Origin: Alphaproteobacteria bacterium
GTDB lineage: Bacteria; Pseudomonadota; Alphaproteobacteria; UBA828
NCBI GenBank assembly: GCA_965221125.1
Contig: CBDCRW010000007.1
Coordinates: 352,001 to 416,000 of the forward strand
DNA length: 64,000 nt
Direction: 5' to 3'
Below, in pieces: positions 1 to 9,080 of this stretch; position 1 is the stretch's first letter; each line of letters starts with the position of its first letter. The translations under genes and the position numbers were made by a program. The notes below the pieces were generated by a model. That model did not search any database and had not been told where the DNA came from. It was given only the letters and a program-made list of their open reading frames with translations.

Positions 1-521
1 TGCGCGGGGTTCGCGTAGGAGTGGATGAAGCAGATCGCCACCGCCTCCACGCCCTCGGCGCGAAAGTCCGCGACGATCTCCGGCAGCGGCGAAAGGTCGA
101 GCGGCTGCATCTCGTTGCCGTGGTAGTCGATGCGGCCGGGCAGCTCGCGACGCAGCCGGCGCGGCACGAAGGGCTCGGGCTTCCGGTAGTGCAGGTTGAA
201 GAAGTCGGGCCGGTTGCCGCGCGCGATCTCCAGCGTGTCGCGAAAGCCCTGCGTCGTGATGAGCCCGACCCTGACGCCGGTGCGCTCGGTCAGCGCGTTG
301 ATGACGACGGTCGTGCCGTGGGCGAGAAAGCCCACCGAGTCCGCCTCGACTGCGGCCTTTGCCATGACGTCGAACACGCCTTCCTCGTAGCCGCCGGGCG
401 TGGTGTCGGACTTGGCGCTGCGGACGTGGGCCTCGCCTGTCTCCCCATCGGATTCGAAGACCAGCAGGTCGGTAAAGGTTCCGCCGACGTCGGTCGCGAC
501 GCGGATGGATTTCGCAGCCAT
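1..521 (-). CDS. Hydantoinase/oxoprolinase A subunit, N-terminal part (runs off window edge)
   Basis: Reverse-strand translation MAAKSIRVATDVGGTFTD...HGTTVVINAL...GLITTQGFRDTLEIARGNRP; absent from the ORF track because it is truncated. Confidence 0.9.
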   Translation of the reverse strand, partial: MAAKSIRVATDVGGTFTDLLVFESDGETGEAHVRSAKSDTTPGGYEEGVFDVMAKAAVEADSVGFLAHGTTVVINALTERTGVRVGLITTQGFRDTLEIARGNRPDFFNLHYRKPEPFVPRRLRRELPGRIDYHGNEMQPLDLSPLPEIVADFRAEGVEAVAICFIHSYANPA

Positions 522-601
522 CAATGAACTCCCAAGCTGAAACGGATCGCGGGCGGCGGTCGGGATTCGGCTCTTGCGTCCGGAGCGGCCCGAACGGAAA
601 A

Positions 602-717
602 CCCACCTCCCCCTGTCCCCCTCCCCCCGGAGGGCGGAGGGGGGACGCTGTCGTGGACGGCGGCGCCTACTCCCTCTCCTCCCCTCGGGGGAGGAGAGGG
701 CCGGGGTGAGGTGGGGG
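602..717. repeat. REP-like palindromic repeat family A, core only (CCCACCTCCCCCTGTCCCCCTCCCCC...GAGGG.CGGGGTGAGGTGGGG)
   Basis: Near-identical cores inside 10536-10777 and 22189-22425 and at 31949-32061; two internal hairpins. Confidence 0.9.
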
Positions 718-735
718 TGGTGGGCATCCGCGCGC

Positions 736-1548
736 TCACGGCCGGAACCCTCCTTCCGCGAGCGCGTCCCGCATCGCCTCCTCCTCGCGGGTGACGACCG
801 GGACGGCGCTGATGAGGCGGCGCGTGTAGGGATGCTCGGGCGCGTCGAACAGCGCTTCGGTCACGCCGATCTCGATGAGGCGCCCCTTCTCGAACACGGC
901 GACGCGGTCGGCGAAGTTGCGCACCACCGAGAGGTCGTGGGTGATGAAGAGGTAGGTGAGGCCGCGCCGCGGCCGAAGCTCCTCCAGCAGCCTGAGCACG
1001 CGCGCCTGCACCAGCACGTCGAGCGAGGACGTGGGCTCGTCGAGCACCACAAGCTCCGAGCGGCAGGCGAGCGCGCGGGCGACGGCCACGCGCTGGCGCT
1101 GCCCGCCGGAGAGCGCAGCCGGGTAGCGCCGCGCGAAGTCGGCGGGCAGGCCGACTTCCTCCAGCAGCGTCGCCACGATCTCCGGCCGCTCCTGCCGCTC
1201 GCCGATGCGGTGCACGTCGAGGGCGAGGCGGAGCGAGGCGCCGACGGTGCGTTTCGGGTTCAGCGTCGACAGCGGGTTCTGCTGCACGAGCTGGATGGCG
1301 CGCCGGTGCTCGCGGCGGCGCCGGGGCGGCAGCGGCGCGCCGTGCATAAAGATGTCGCCCGAGGACGGCGGATAGACGCCGAGGATGAGGTTGGCGACAG
1401 TGGTCTTGCCGGCGCCGGATTCGCCCACGATGGCGAGGCACTCGCCGGCCTGCACGTCGAACGACACCTCGAGCAGCGCGGGGACCTCGCGGTCCTCCAG
1501 CCGGAAGACCTTGGAGAGGTTGTGCACCTCCAGCAGCGGCGGGCTCAC
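736..1548 (-). CDS. Dipeptide/oligopeptide ABC transporter ATP-binding protein
   Basis: GESGAGKTT Walker A, LSGGQRQR signature, LDEPTS; GTG start overlaps upstream stop. Confidence 0.93.
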   Translation of the reverse strand: MSPPLLEVHNLSKVFRLEDREVPALLEVSFDVQAGECLAIVGESGAGKTTVANLILGVYPPSSGDIFMHGAPLPPRRRREHRRAIQLVQQNPLSTLNPKRTVGASLRLALDVHRIGERQERPEIVATLLEEVGLPADFARRYPAALSGGQRQRVAVARALACRSELVVLDEPTSSLDVLVQARVLRLLEELRPRRGLTYLFITHDLSVVRNFADRVAVFEKGRLIEIGVTEALFDAPEHPYTRRLISAVPVVTREEEAMRDALAEGGFRP

Positions 1549-2426
1549 GGCGCGCCTCCGCCTGCCGCGTGGACGACGAGCGGCTCGGAGAAGTCGCGCG
1601 GCTCGTCGCCGATGTCCGGCAGGCCGCCGCCGGTTATGCGCGGCACCGCCGCCATGAGCGCCCGCGTGTAGGCATGGCCGGGGCGCTCGAAGACGGAGGC
1701 ACACGGCCCTTCCTCCACGATGCGGCCCTTGTAGATGACGTAGACGCGGTCCGCGAACTCGCGCACGACGCCGAGGTTGTGGGAGATGAACAGAACCGAC
1801 GTGTGGTGATGCTCCACCAGCTCCCGCATGAGCTTGAGCGTCTGCGCCTGCACGGTCACGTCGAGCGCGGTGCCCGGCTCGTCGGCGATGAGCAGCGCGG
1901 GCTCGTTGGCGAGCGCCATCGCGATCATCACCCGCTGGTTCATCCCGCCCGAGAGCTGGAAGGCGTAGGATTCGAAGGCCCGGTCGGGATCGTCGATGGA
2001 GACTTCCATGAGCATCTGCGCCGCGCGCTCGCGGGCGGCGGCCTCGCTGATGCGGGGCTCGGCCCGCTTCAGCACCTCGTGGAACTGGGTGCCGATGCGG
2101 TAGACCGGATTGAGCGACGAGGTCGGGTCCTGGAACACCATGGTCATGCGGGTGCCGCGCAGCCGGCTGCGCTCCCGCGCGCTCATGCGGTCGAGGTCGC
2201 GCCCCTCGAACACCACGCTGCCGGAGATGCGGGCCGAGCGCAGCAGCTGCAGCAGCCCCAGCACGATGCGGGCGGTCACCGACTTGCCGGAGCCGGACTC
2301 GCCCACCAGCGCCACCCGCTCCCCCGGCCGGATGGTGAGCGAGATGCCGTGCAGCACCTCGACGTAGGCCTCGTAGGTCCTGAAGCCCAGCCGGAGGTCC
2401 TGGATGTCGAGCGTCGGCACGGTCAT
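1545..2426 (-). CDS. Dipeptide/oligopeptide ABC transporter ATP-binding protein
   Basis: GESGSGKS, LSGGMNQR, IADEPGTALDVTVQAQ. Confidence 0.93.
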   Translation of the reverse strand: MTVPTLDIQDLRLGFRTYEAYVEVLHGISLTIRPGERVALVGESGSGKSVTARIVLGLLQLLRSARISGSVVFEGRDLDRMSARERSRLRGTRMTMVFQDPTSSLNPVYRIGTQFHEVLKRAEPRISEAAARERAAQMLMEVSIDDPDRAFESYAFQLSGGMNQRVMIAMALANEPALLIADEPGTALDVTVQAQTLKLMRELVEHHHTSVLFISHNLGVVREFADRVYVIYKGRIVEEGPCASVFERPGHAYTRALMAAVPRITGGGLPDIGDEPRDFSEPLVVHAAGGGAP

Positions 2427-3256
2427 TGGTCGGCCCCGAAGAGCTCGCGCAGCGCATCGCCGATGAGGTTGAAGCCGAACACCGCGATGAGGATCGCGAG
2501 GCTCGGGAAGATGGTGAGCCACCAGGAATCCGGCAGGTACTTCGCGCCGTCCGCCACCATGGAGCCCAGGTCCGGCGTCGGCGGCTGCACGCCGAGCCCG
2601 AGGAACGAGAGCGACGAGGCGATCAGGATGATGAAGCCGAGGTCGAGCGTCATCTTGGTGATGATGGAGGGGAAGCAGTTGGGCAGGATTTCGCGGAAGA
2701 TCACGTGCAGCCTAGAGGCGCCGATCAGCTCGGCCGCGAGCACGTAGCCTTCCTCCTTCTCGCCCCGCGTCATGTTGTAGACGAGCCGCGCGTACCACGG
2801 CCACCACATCGCGGTCACCGCCAGCATCCCGTTGATGAGCGTCGGCTCCAGCACCCCCATGATCGACATGGCGAGCACCAGCGGCGGGATGGAGAGGAAC
2901 ACGTCCGTCACCCGCATCAGCACGAACTCGGTGTAGCGGCCGAAGTAGCCGGCGATCAGCCCGACCGTGACACCCACGGGAACCGCGATGCCGAGCACGA
3001 CCACGCCCAGGATCAGCGATATGCGGTAGGCGTAGATGACCCGGCTGAAGAGGTCGCGGCCGACGAGATCGGTCCCCATCAGGTGCGGCCACGTGGGCGG
3101 CTGGTTGAAGTTGGCGAAGTCCACGACCGCGCCGCGATGCTCGGGGAAGGGCGCGATGAAGTCCGCGAAGATCGCGCAGATCAGGATGATGCCGACCAGG
3201 ATCAGCCCCAGCAGCGAGAGCGGGTTCGAGACCAGGATCGCGGCGGCGCGCCTCAT
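2423..3256 (-). CDS. Peptide ABC transporter permease (DppC/OppC-like)
   Basis: HLMGTDLVGRDLFSRVIY, SSLSFLGLGVQPPTPDLG, hydrophobic segments. Confidence 0.92.
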   Translation of the reverse strand: MRRAAAILVSNPLSLLGLILVGIILICAIFADFIAPFPEHRGAVVDFANFNQPPTWPHLMGTDLVGRDLFSRVIYAYRISLILGVVVLGIAVPVGVTVGLIAGYFGRYTEFVLMRVTDVFLSIPPLVLAMSIMGVLEPTLINGMLAVTAMWWPWYARLVYNMTRGEKEEGYVLAAELIGASRLHVIFREILPNCFPSIITKMTLDLGFIILIASSLSFLGLGVQPPTPDLGSMVADGAKYLPDSWWLTIFPSLAILIAVFGFNLIGDALRELFGADQ

Positions 3257-4278
3257 GTGCGCCCTCGCGCGTAGCGGATGCGCGGGTTGATGAAGGTGAC
3301 CAGCACGTCGACGATGAGGTTCATGATGAGGAAGGTCGCCGAGATGATGAGCACGGTGCCGACGATGGCATCCAAATCCTTGCGCAGGATGACCGAGACG
3401 CCGTAGCGGGAGAGGCCGGGCCAGGCGAACACCGCTTCCACGAGAAAGGCGTTGCCGAGCATGGCCGCGAAGTCGAGCCCGATGATGGTGAGCGCCGGGA
3501 TCAGCGACGGCTTGAAGGCGTAGCGCCGCGCGATGCGGCGATCGGGCACGCCGTAGGAGCGCGCCATCTCGATGAAGGGCTTGTCGTATGTCTCCACCAT
3601 GTTGGCGCGGGTGAGCCGCGCCGTCTGCCCGATACCGGAGAGTGCCAGCGCGAAGGCGGGCAGGACGATGTGCCAGGCGGCGTTGCCGAAGGCCGCGAGG
3701 TTGCCGGCGATCAGCGTGTCCAACAGCAGGAAGTTCGTGACCGGCTGAATCGCAAACGTGTCCGAGATACGGCCCGCGATGGGGAAGAGCGGCAGGAAGA
3801 ACGCGAACAGCAGCATCAGGATCACGGCCCAGACGAAGCTCGGCGCCGAGACGCCCAGCAGGGCCACCATGCGGATGGAATTGTCGATCCAGGTCCCTCG
3901 GTAGCGCGCGGAGGCGATGCCGAGCGGCAGCCCGATCGCGATCATCATCGCGCCGGCGACGAAGATCAGCTCCAGCGTGGCGGGCAGGAACTGCGCGATG
4001 TCCACCACCACGGGCCGGTTGGTGTAGAGCGAGATGCCGAGGTCGCCCTGCACCAGCTCGCTCAGGAAGTGGCCGTACTGGGTGGTGATCGGCTCGTCGA
4101 GGCGGAGTTCCGCGCGCAGCTTCTCGACCTGCTCTGCGGTGGCGCTCGGGCCCAGCGCGATGCGCGCGGGATCGCCCGGGATCACCCGGGCGATCGCGAA
4201 GATCAGCATCGAGACCCCCAGCAGGACGATGCAGGAGATCCCGACGCGCCTTGCAAAAATGAGGATCGTCGGCGTCAC
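3253..4278 (-). CDS. Peptide ABC transporter permease (DppB/OppB-like)
   Basis: IPGDPA, GDLGIS, ATLEL, VEAVFAWPGLSRY. Confidence 0.92.
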   Translation of the reverse strand: MTPTILIFARRVGISCIVLLGVSMLIFAIARVIPGDPARIALGPSATAEQVEKLRAELRLDEPITTQYGHFLSELVQGDLGISLYTNRPVVVDIAQFLPATLELIFVAGAMMIAIGLPLGIASARYRGTWIDNSIRMVALLGVSAPSFVWAVILMLLFAFFLPLFPIAGRISDTFAIQPVTNFLLLDTLIAGNLAAFGNAAWHIVLPAFALALSGIGQTARLTRANMVETYDKPFIEMARSYGVPDRRIARRYAFKPSLIPALTIIGLDFAAMLGNAFLVEAVFAWPGLSRYGVSVILRKDLDAIVGTVLIISATFLIMNLIVDVLVTFINPRIRYARGRT

Positions 4279-4338
4279 GACCCCACTCTAAACGACGGGG
4301 CGGGCAGGTCGACAGCATGCCCGCCCCGCCGTGGGACC

Positions 4339-5931
4339 CTACTCGGTCATTTCCATGAGGCGGAAGGTGAAGCCGAAGCCGTCGAGACCGAAGGCCATGG
4401 CCGGATCGCTGAGCGCCGGCACCTTGACCCGGTTGGACGCCGCGAACACCGACTGCGAATCATGGGCGAAGATGGTGGGCGAGACCGCCATCAGCCTGTC
4501 GTTGAGCGCCGAATAGGCCTCTTGCCGGGCCTCCGGCGTCGCCCCGGTGCGTCCGGCGTCGAGCAGGCGGTCCACCTCGGCGTCATTGAGGTGCTCGGGC
4601 GACTGCCACGTGCCCGCCGCGCTGGAGTGGTACATGCCGTAGAGCAGCGTGTCGGTATCGCCGGTCACTGCGGTGACGTAGACCTGCGAGACGTTGGGCG
4701 TGGTCTCGGGGTTCGACACCTGCTCGGCGAAAAGCGCCCACGGGATGCGGCGGATCTCGGAGTTGATGCCGATCTCCGCGAAGTTCGCCTGCATGAGCAG
4801 CGCGAAGCGCTCCTCCAGCGGCACCTCGCCGATCCAGGTGAGCTCGAGCACGAAGTCGTCGGTCGAGTACTTGCAATCGGCCAGATGCTGCCGCGCCGCG
4901 TCGAGATCGCGGGTCTGCGCCTTCTCGCGCGGGTTGGCGCCCAGCATCGCGGCCGGGATCGCGCCGGTCGACAGCGTGCCCTGCGAGACCTCGTCGGTGA
5001 CCGCGATGATCTTGACCCCGCCCTCGTAGTCGAAGGCCTTGGCCAGCGCGAGGCGGCAGTTCACGTCGTCGAGCGGCGGCTTGGTCGTGTTGAGCTTCAT
5101 GTAGAAGCCCGTCACGCCGCCCTCGGTGAGCAGCTGCGCGCCGCCCCCGGCCAGCGCGCCCAGCACCTCCGGCGGCACCCACTGCGAGGAGATGTCGTGC
5201 TCCCCTTGCGCGATGAGCGTGCGCACCGTGGCTGCCTCAAGCCCGTAGCGGAGGCGCACCGTGTCCGGCGCCGCGTCCGCGATGGGCAGGAAGTAGCCGG
5301 CGTTCTTCTCCATCACCGTCTCTTCCTGCGGGTTGTGGGAGACGACGCGGTAGGCGCCGGTGCCGGCTCCGTTCTGCGACAGGAAGGCCTGGCCCCAGTC
5401 GCCCATCTCGCCCTCGCCGTCGCCGAGATTGGCCATGACGAGCTGCTTGTCGACGATGGGGAGCCGCACCAGCGACGAGACGAAGGGCGCGTAGGGCTCG
5501 GAGAGGGTGAAGCGCACCGTCTGCGCGTCCACCGCCTCGGCGCCTTCCACGCTCACGAAGAGGTAGGAGAGCCCCTGGCCGATGGTCTGCATGCGGTCGA
5601 GCGAGAAGACCACGTCGTCGGCGGTGAGCGGGTTGCCGCTCTGGAACGTGACGTCGTCGCGGAGCGTGAAGGTGAAGCTCGTCCCTTCGCCGGACCAGCT
5701 CGCCGCCAGGTGCGGGTCGTGGCCGGGCGCGCCCTGCTGCGGGATGACGAGGGTGTCGTAGACGTTGAACATCAGGATGGAGTCGGCGTAGTCGGTCGCC
5801 TTGGCCGGGTCGAGCTCGCCGACCGCGACCTCGTCGAGGCGCAGCACGCCGCCGGCCTGGACGATCTGGGGGATCGCCCCCAGCGCCGCCACCAGCGAGG
5901 CCGCCGACAGCAGTTTCAGCAGTGTTCTCAT
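4339..5931 (-). CDS. ABC transporter substrate-binding protein, family 5
   Basis: Signal peptide MRTLLKLLSAASLVAALG; LDPA, FTLRDDVTFQSGNPLTADDVVFS, GTGAY. Confidence 0.92.
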   Translation of the reverse strand: MRTLLKLLSAASLVAALGAIPQIVQAGGVLRLDEVAVGELDPAKATDYADSILMFNVYDTLVIPQQGAPGHDPHLAASWSGEGTSFTFTLRDDVTFQSGNPLTADDVVFSLDRMQTIGQGLSYLFVSVEGAEAVDAQTVRFTLSEPYAPFVSSLVRLPIVDKQLVMANLGDGEGEMGDWGQAFLSQNGAGTGAYRVVSHNPQEETVMEKNAGYFLPIADAAPDTVRLRYGLEAATVRTLIAQGEHDISSQWVPPEVLGALAGGGAQLLTEGGVTGFYMKLNTTKPPLDDVNCRLALAKAFDYEGGVKIIAVTDEVSQGTLSTGAIPAAMLGANPREKAQTRDLDAARQHLADCKYSTDDFVLELTWIGEVPLEERFALLMQANFAEIGINSEIRRIPWALFAEQVSNPETTPNVSQVYVTAVTGDTDTLLYGMYHSSAAGTWQSPEHLNDAEVDRLLDAGRTGATPEARQEAYSALNDRLMAVSPTIFAHDSQSVFAASNRVKVPALSDPAMAFGLDGFGFTFRLMEMTE

Positions 5932-5932
5932 G

Positions 5933-6574
5933 TCATGGTTCTCCCTTGTCGCAATCTTCCGGCTCGGCCGCCGCCTGCGGCCGCCTGCCGTGGTCGCCGA
6001 ACAGGTCCGAGGTGCACACATGCAGGATCACGGCCGGCGACGTGCCGTGGTTCCAGCTCGAATGGCGACGCGAGGACTTGAAATGGATGGAGGAGCCGGC
6101 CTCGAGCACGGTGCTCTCGTCCTCGGTCTCGACCGTGATGGTCCCCTCCAGGATGTAGAACAGCTCCTCGCCCTCGTGGCTGATCCGCTCGGAGCGATGC
6201 CCCGGCGGCTTGTGGATGATGACGCCGTTCAGCACGCTGCCGGGGAAGGAGGCGGAGATGCGCTCGTAGCGGAGCGCGTGCCGCTCGATGGCGAAGCTGC
6301 TCCGCTCGCCGTGCAGGGTGAAGGGCGCATCCGGCCGGGGCTGACCCAGGAACTCGGTCACGTGGGTGCGGAGCACGCCGGAGATGGCGGCGAGCGAGGA
6401 GAGCGAGGGCGCGTTGAGCCCGCGCTCGATCTGGGAAATGAAGCTGACCGAGAGCCCGGCGCCTTCCGCCACCTGCTTGAGCGTCAGTCCGAGCTGTTGG
6501 CGGCGGTCGCGCAGCCGCTTGCCCAGGGGGGCGTCGTTCTCCGCCGGCCGTGCCGCTTCGGACGATTCTGCCAT
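5933..6574 (-). CDS. XRE-family HTH plus cupin transcriptional regulator
   Basis: LTLKQVAEGAGLSVSFISQIERG HTH; HEGEELFYILEG cupin motif. Confidence 0.92.
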   Translation of the reverse strand: MAESSEAARPAENDAPLGKRLRDRRQQLGLTLKQVAEGAGLSVSFISQIERGLNAPSLSSLAAISGVLRTHVTEFLGQPRPDAPFTLHGERSSFAIERHALRYERISASFPGSVLNGVIIHKPPGHRSERISHEGEELFYILEGTITVETEDESTVLEAGSSIHFKSSRRHSSWNHGTSPAVILHVCTSDLFGDHGRRPQAAAEPEDCDKGEP

Positions 6575-6672
6575 TTCCCCCGGCGCCCCACGATTTCACT
6601 ATGGGTAAAATCCTGACGCATGGGGTGGCCCCAAGTCAACGGGTCTTTGGTGCCGGCGGCGCTTCCTCGCCG

Positions 6673-6981
6673 CGTCTTGACCGGGCTTGTCCCGGTCAAT
6701 CGCGCGACAGTTCACACCGCGTGGCCGGCCAAATGGATGCCCGCAACGAGCGCGGGCACGACGAAATTAGGTTTAGGCCCGCGCTGAGCGCCAGAAAACT
6801 GCCGGGTTGTTCATGTAAAACAATCCGTTATGAGAAATTGGCTTCGTTTTGCAATTTTGACCTTCGCCGTTGGCGCGCTCCCCCCACCACGTCATGGCCG
6901 GGCTTGTCCCGGCCATCAACCGGCCCGGCTGGACGAGATGCCCGGATGGCCGGAGCGAGTCCGGCAGGTCCGGGCATGACG
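6673..6981. repeat. Two REP-like repeats, family B (GTCATGGCCGGGCTTGTCCCGGCCATC...GATGCCCG...GGGCATGAC), at about 6673-6763 and 6890-6981
   Basis: Palindromic units of the rhizobial REP/RIME style; related copy at 27495-27585 and half copies near 20440 and 21525. Confidence 0.8.
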
Positions 6982-7023
6982 TCCTGAGGGCGGGGCTTGC
7001 GTCCCGCGCCTGAGCCCTGCGGC

Positions 7024-7518
7024 TCAGCGCTCCGACTGCGCGTGGGCCTCGACCAGCCAGAGGTTCTTGTCGATGTCGCGCGAGACCTCGACGAAGAGGT
7101 CTTCGGTGTCCGCGTCGCCCGCGTCGCCGGCCTCGGCGATGGCGGCGCGGATGCCCTTGCCGAAGGTGGCCAGCGCGACGCTCACCGCTTCGACGTGGTC
7201 GGCGCCCGACGCGATCTCCAGCGGATAGGGGGGGAGCGCCGAGTCCGCCGCCGCCACGGCCGCCGTGCCGCGCGCGGTGCCGCCCATCACGGTGATGCGC
7301 TCCGCCAGGTTGTCGACGTGGCCCTGGACGGCGACGTGGATCGCGTCGAAAAGCTCGTGCAGCGCGATGAAGGAGGGGCCCTTCACGTTCCAGTGGGCCT
7401 GCTTCATTTGGGTCGCAAGGTCCACGGCGTCGGCGAGGCGCGCGTTCAGCAGCTCCACCATCGCGGCCCGCGTGTTGTCGGCAATGTCGATCTTCGTGGG
7501 GTGCAGGGTCTGTGACAT
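7024..7518 (-). CDS. dps: DNA starvation/stationary phase protection protein Dps
   Basis: KQAHWNVKGPSFIALHELFD and DNLAERI ferroxidase motifs; C-terminal DKNLWLVEAH. Confidence 0.96.
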   Translation of the reverse strand: MSQTLHPTKIDIADNTRAAMVELLNARLADAVDLATQMKQAHWNVKGPSFIALHELFDAIHVAVQGHVDNLAERITVMGGTARGTAAVAAADSALPPYPLEIASGADHVEAVSVALATFGKGIRAAIAEAGDAGDADTEDLFVEVSRDIDKNLWLVEAHAQSER

Positions 7519-7662
7519 GACGATGTTCCTTTTCTGACCGGGCCGCGGTGGCTGCCGCGCCGCCACGAGTGATGTGGTTATTCTGCGACTAATGTGCAAC
7601 TGGGGACAGCCTGACTCCCAAGCATATCACTCATGCGCGGGGCGCTGGCCGCGCCGTCCCCG

Positions 7663-8196
7663 TCAGGGCGCCCCCCGCATGTAGCGCCGCGCGGCGCTGG
7701 GGGAGAGGGCGAGGCGGGCCGCGATCTCGGCGGCCGTCGCCCCGGCGGCGGCGAGGTGGAGCGCACAGGCGCGCCTGGCGCGTGGCAGGTAGACGCTGCA
7801 GCCGCCGAGATAGTCCGCGACCTTGAGCGCCGTGCCCTCCGCTTCCAGCAGGCGGGCCAAGGGGTGGTCCGGGTGGCGCGCGAGGTGAAGCGGCTTCGGG
7901 ATGTGCACCTCGCGCCCGCCCCAGGCCAATGCCATCGCGATCGCGGTGGGCCGGCCTGCGACGTCCTCGATCTCTTCCAGAATGCCGGGGAGCGTGCCTG
8001 CGTGGTCCCTAATCGATCGTCTCCGAGGTGTGCATGGCTGCCGCGCGGGCGAGGCCCGGTGCGGGCGGAGTCGCAGGATGCGCCGGGCGGCGGCCGAGCG
8101 CTTTCTCGCGCGGTGCGCCGGCCTTGCGGATGCACGCGCCGAGGTGGCGGATCGGCTCGGCACGTGCTGCGGGCCGGCGCGGCGTCCGTTCCTCAT
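7663..8196 (-). CDS. Mor/C-like phage transcriptional activator (Mu-like)
   Basis: LPGILEEIEDVAGRPTAIAMALAWGGREVHIP...YLGGCSVYLP plus C-terminal HTH (TAAEIAARLALSPSAARRY); N-terminal ~65 aa is low complexity, so the start is uncertain. Confidence 0.7.
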   Translation of the reverse strand: MRNGRRAGPQHVPSRSATSARASARPAHRARKRSAAARRILRLRPHRASPARQPCTPRRRSIRDHAGTLPGILEEIEDVAGRPTAIAMALAWGGREVHIPKPLHLARHPDHPLARLLEAEGTALKVADYLGGCSVYLPRARRACALHLAAAGATAAEIAARLALSPSAARRYMRGAP

Positions 8197-8735
8197 GCCG
8201 CCTCCGCCGGTGCTGCGTCGTCGAGCAGGGCGGCGACGACGCGGTCGAGATCGTTGCGCCCGGCGGCGATGGTGACCTCGTCCGTCGCCTTCTCGACGGT
8301 GACGCCGATCTGCGCCAGCTCGGCGGCCGGCAGCTTGCGCAGCGCGGCGCGGTCGAGCGTCTCCCGCACGCGGATCAGCGCGTCCGCTCGGTCGGGGAAG
8401 CGCTCGCGCAGCCGCCGGATCGCCTGCGCCTCGTCGCCCAGCGCCACGGCGCCCGGCTGCTTGCGGAGCCCGAACTTGACGCCGTCCACCGCGAGCGTTC
8501 GCGGGCTCACGAAGAGATCGGGGCGCGCCTGGATCGCGGCGCGCAGCGCGTCCTCCGACGCCGCCTGCTCGGCGATGCGGTTGCGGAGCGCGCGGAGGCG
8601 GCCGGCAAGCGCCTTCTGCTGCGACGCCTTGATGTCCTCGGCCAGCGCCTCCGTCGCTTGCCGTGCGGCGGCGAAGGTCCTGGCGAGGGCGACGATGTGG
8701 TCCATAGACGCCGGCGGTGCCGCAGGTCTGGTCAT
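8193..8735 (-). CDS. Mu Gam-like host-nuclease inhibitor family protein
   Basis: Coiled N-terminus, then PDLFVSPRTLAVDGVKFGLRKQPG and LIRVRETLDRAALRKL...LAQIGVTV, the pattern of Mu-like Gam proteins. Confidence 0.7.
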   Translation of the reverse strand: MTRPAAPPASMDHIVALARTFAAARQATEALAEDIKASQQKALAGRLRALRNRIAEQAASEDALRAAIQARPDLFVSPRTLAVDGVKFGLRKQPGAVALGDEAQAIRRLRERFPDRADALIRVRETLDRAALRKLPAAELAQIGVTVEKATDEVTIAAGRNDLDRVVAALLDDAAPAEAA

Positions 8736-8748
8736 CGGGGTCTCCCTT

Positions 8749-9006
8749 TCACTTTTCTTGAGAAATTTCGCTGGCAGGCGCCGGGCGGGGGATGCCGGCG
8801 GGCCAGTCGCGGCCGTCGGGCCATCGCTCGGACGCGCGGCGCAGGATGGTCTCGGCGCGCCGCGCGGTGATGCTGGCGCCGGCGGCGACGCGGTCCACCG
8901 TGTCGCCGCTGCCGGTGAGCAGGCGCGAGGCGTAGGAGACGGAGATGCCGCGCGCCGCCGCGAAGGATCGGATCAGGGTGATGAGCAGTTGATCGCCGTG
9001 CACCAT
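8749..9006 (-). CDS. Small Cro-like phage DNA-binding protein
   Basis: Divergent from the CI-like gene; ISVSYASRLLTGSG helix pair and C-terminal WPDGRDWPAGIPRP seen in alphaproteobacterial prophage cro-position proteins. Confidence 0.65.
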   Translation of the reverse strand: MVHGDQLLITLIRSFAAARGISVSYASRLLTGSGDTVDRVAAGASITARRAETILRRASERWPDGRDWPAGIPRPAPASEISQEK

Positions 9007-9080
9007 CGAACACATATGCACGAACACGCATGATCGAATCAAGCATTTTCATGCACGAACAGTTGTGCTATATTGTGCAC
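9007..9080. promoter_or_regulatory. Divergent cI/cro promoter-operator region
   Basis: AT-richer 74-bp gap; direct repeat ATGCACGAACA at 9016-9026 and 9051-9061; TATATT 6 nt before the cI ATG (leaderless arrangement). Confidence 0.6.

Noticed and set aside
1205-1216. Partial matches to the 23-bp box (ATGCGGTGCAC) here and near 23740
   Set aside because: Short, inside coding sequence, and lacking the rest of the box and the downstream geometry
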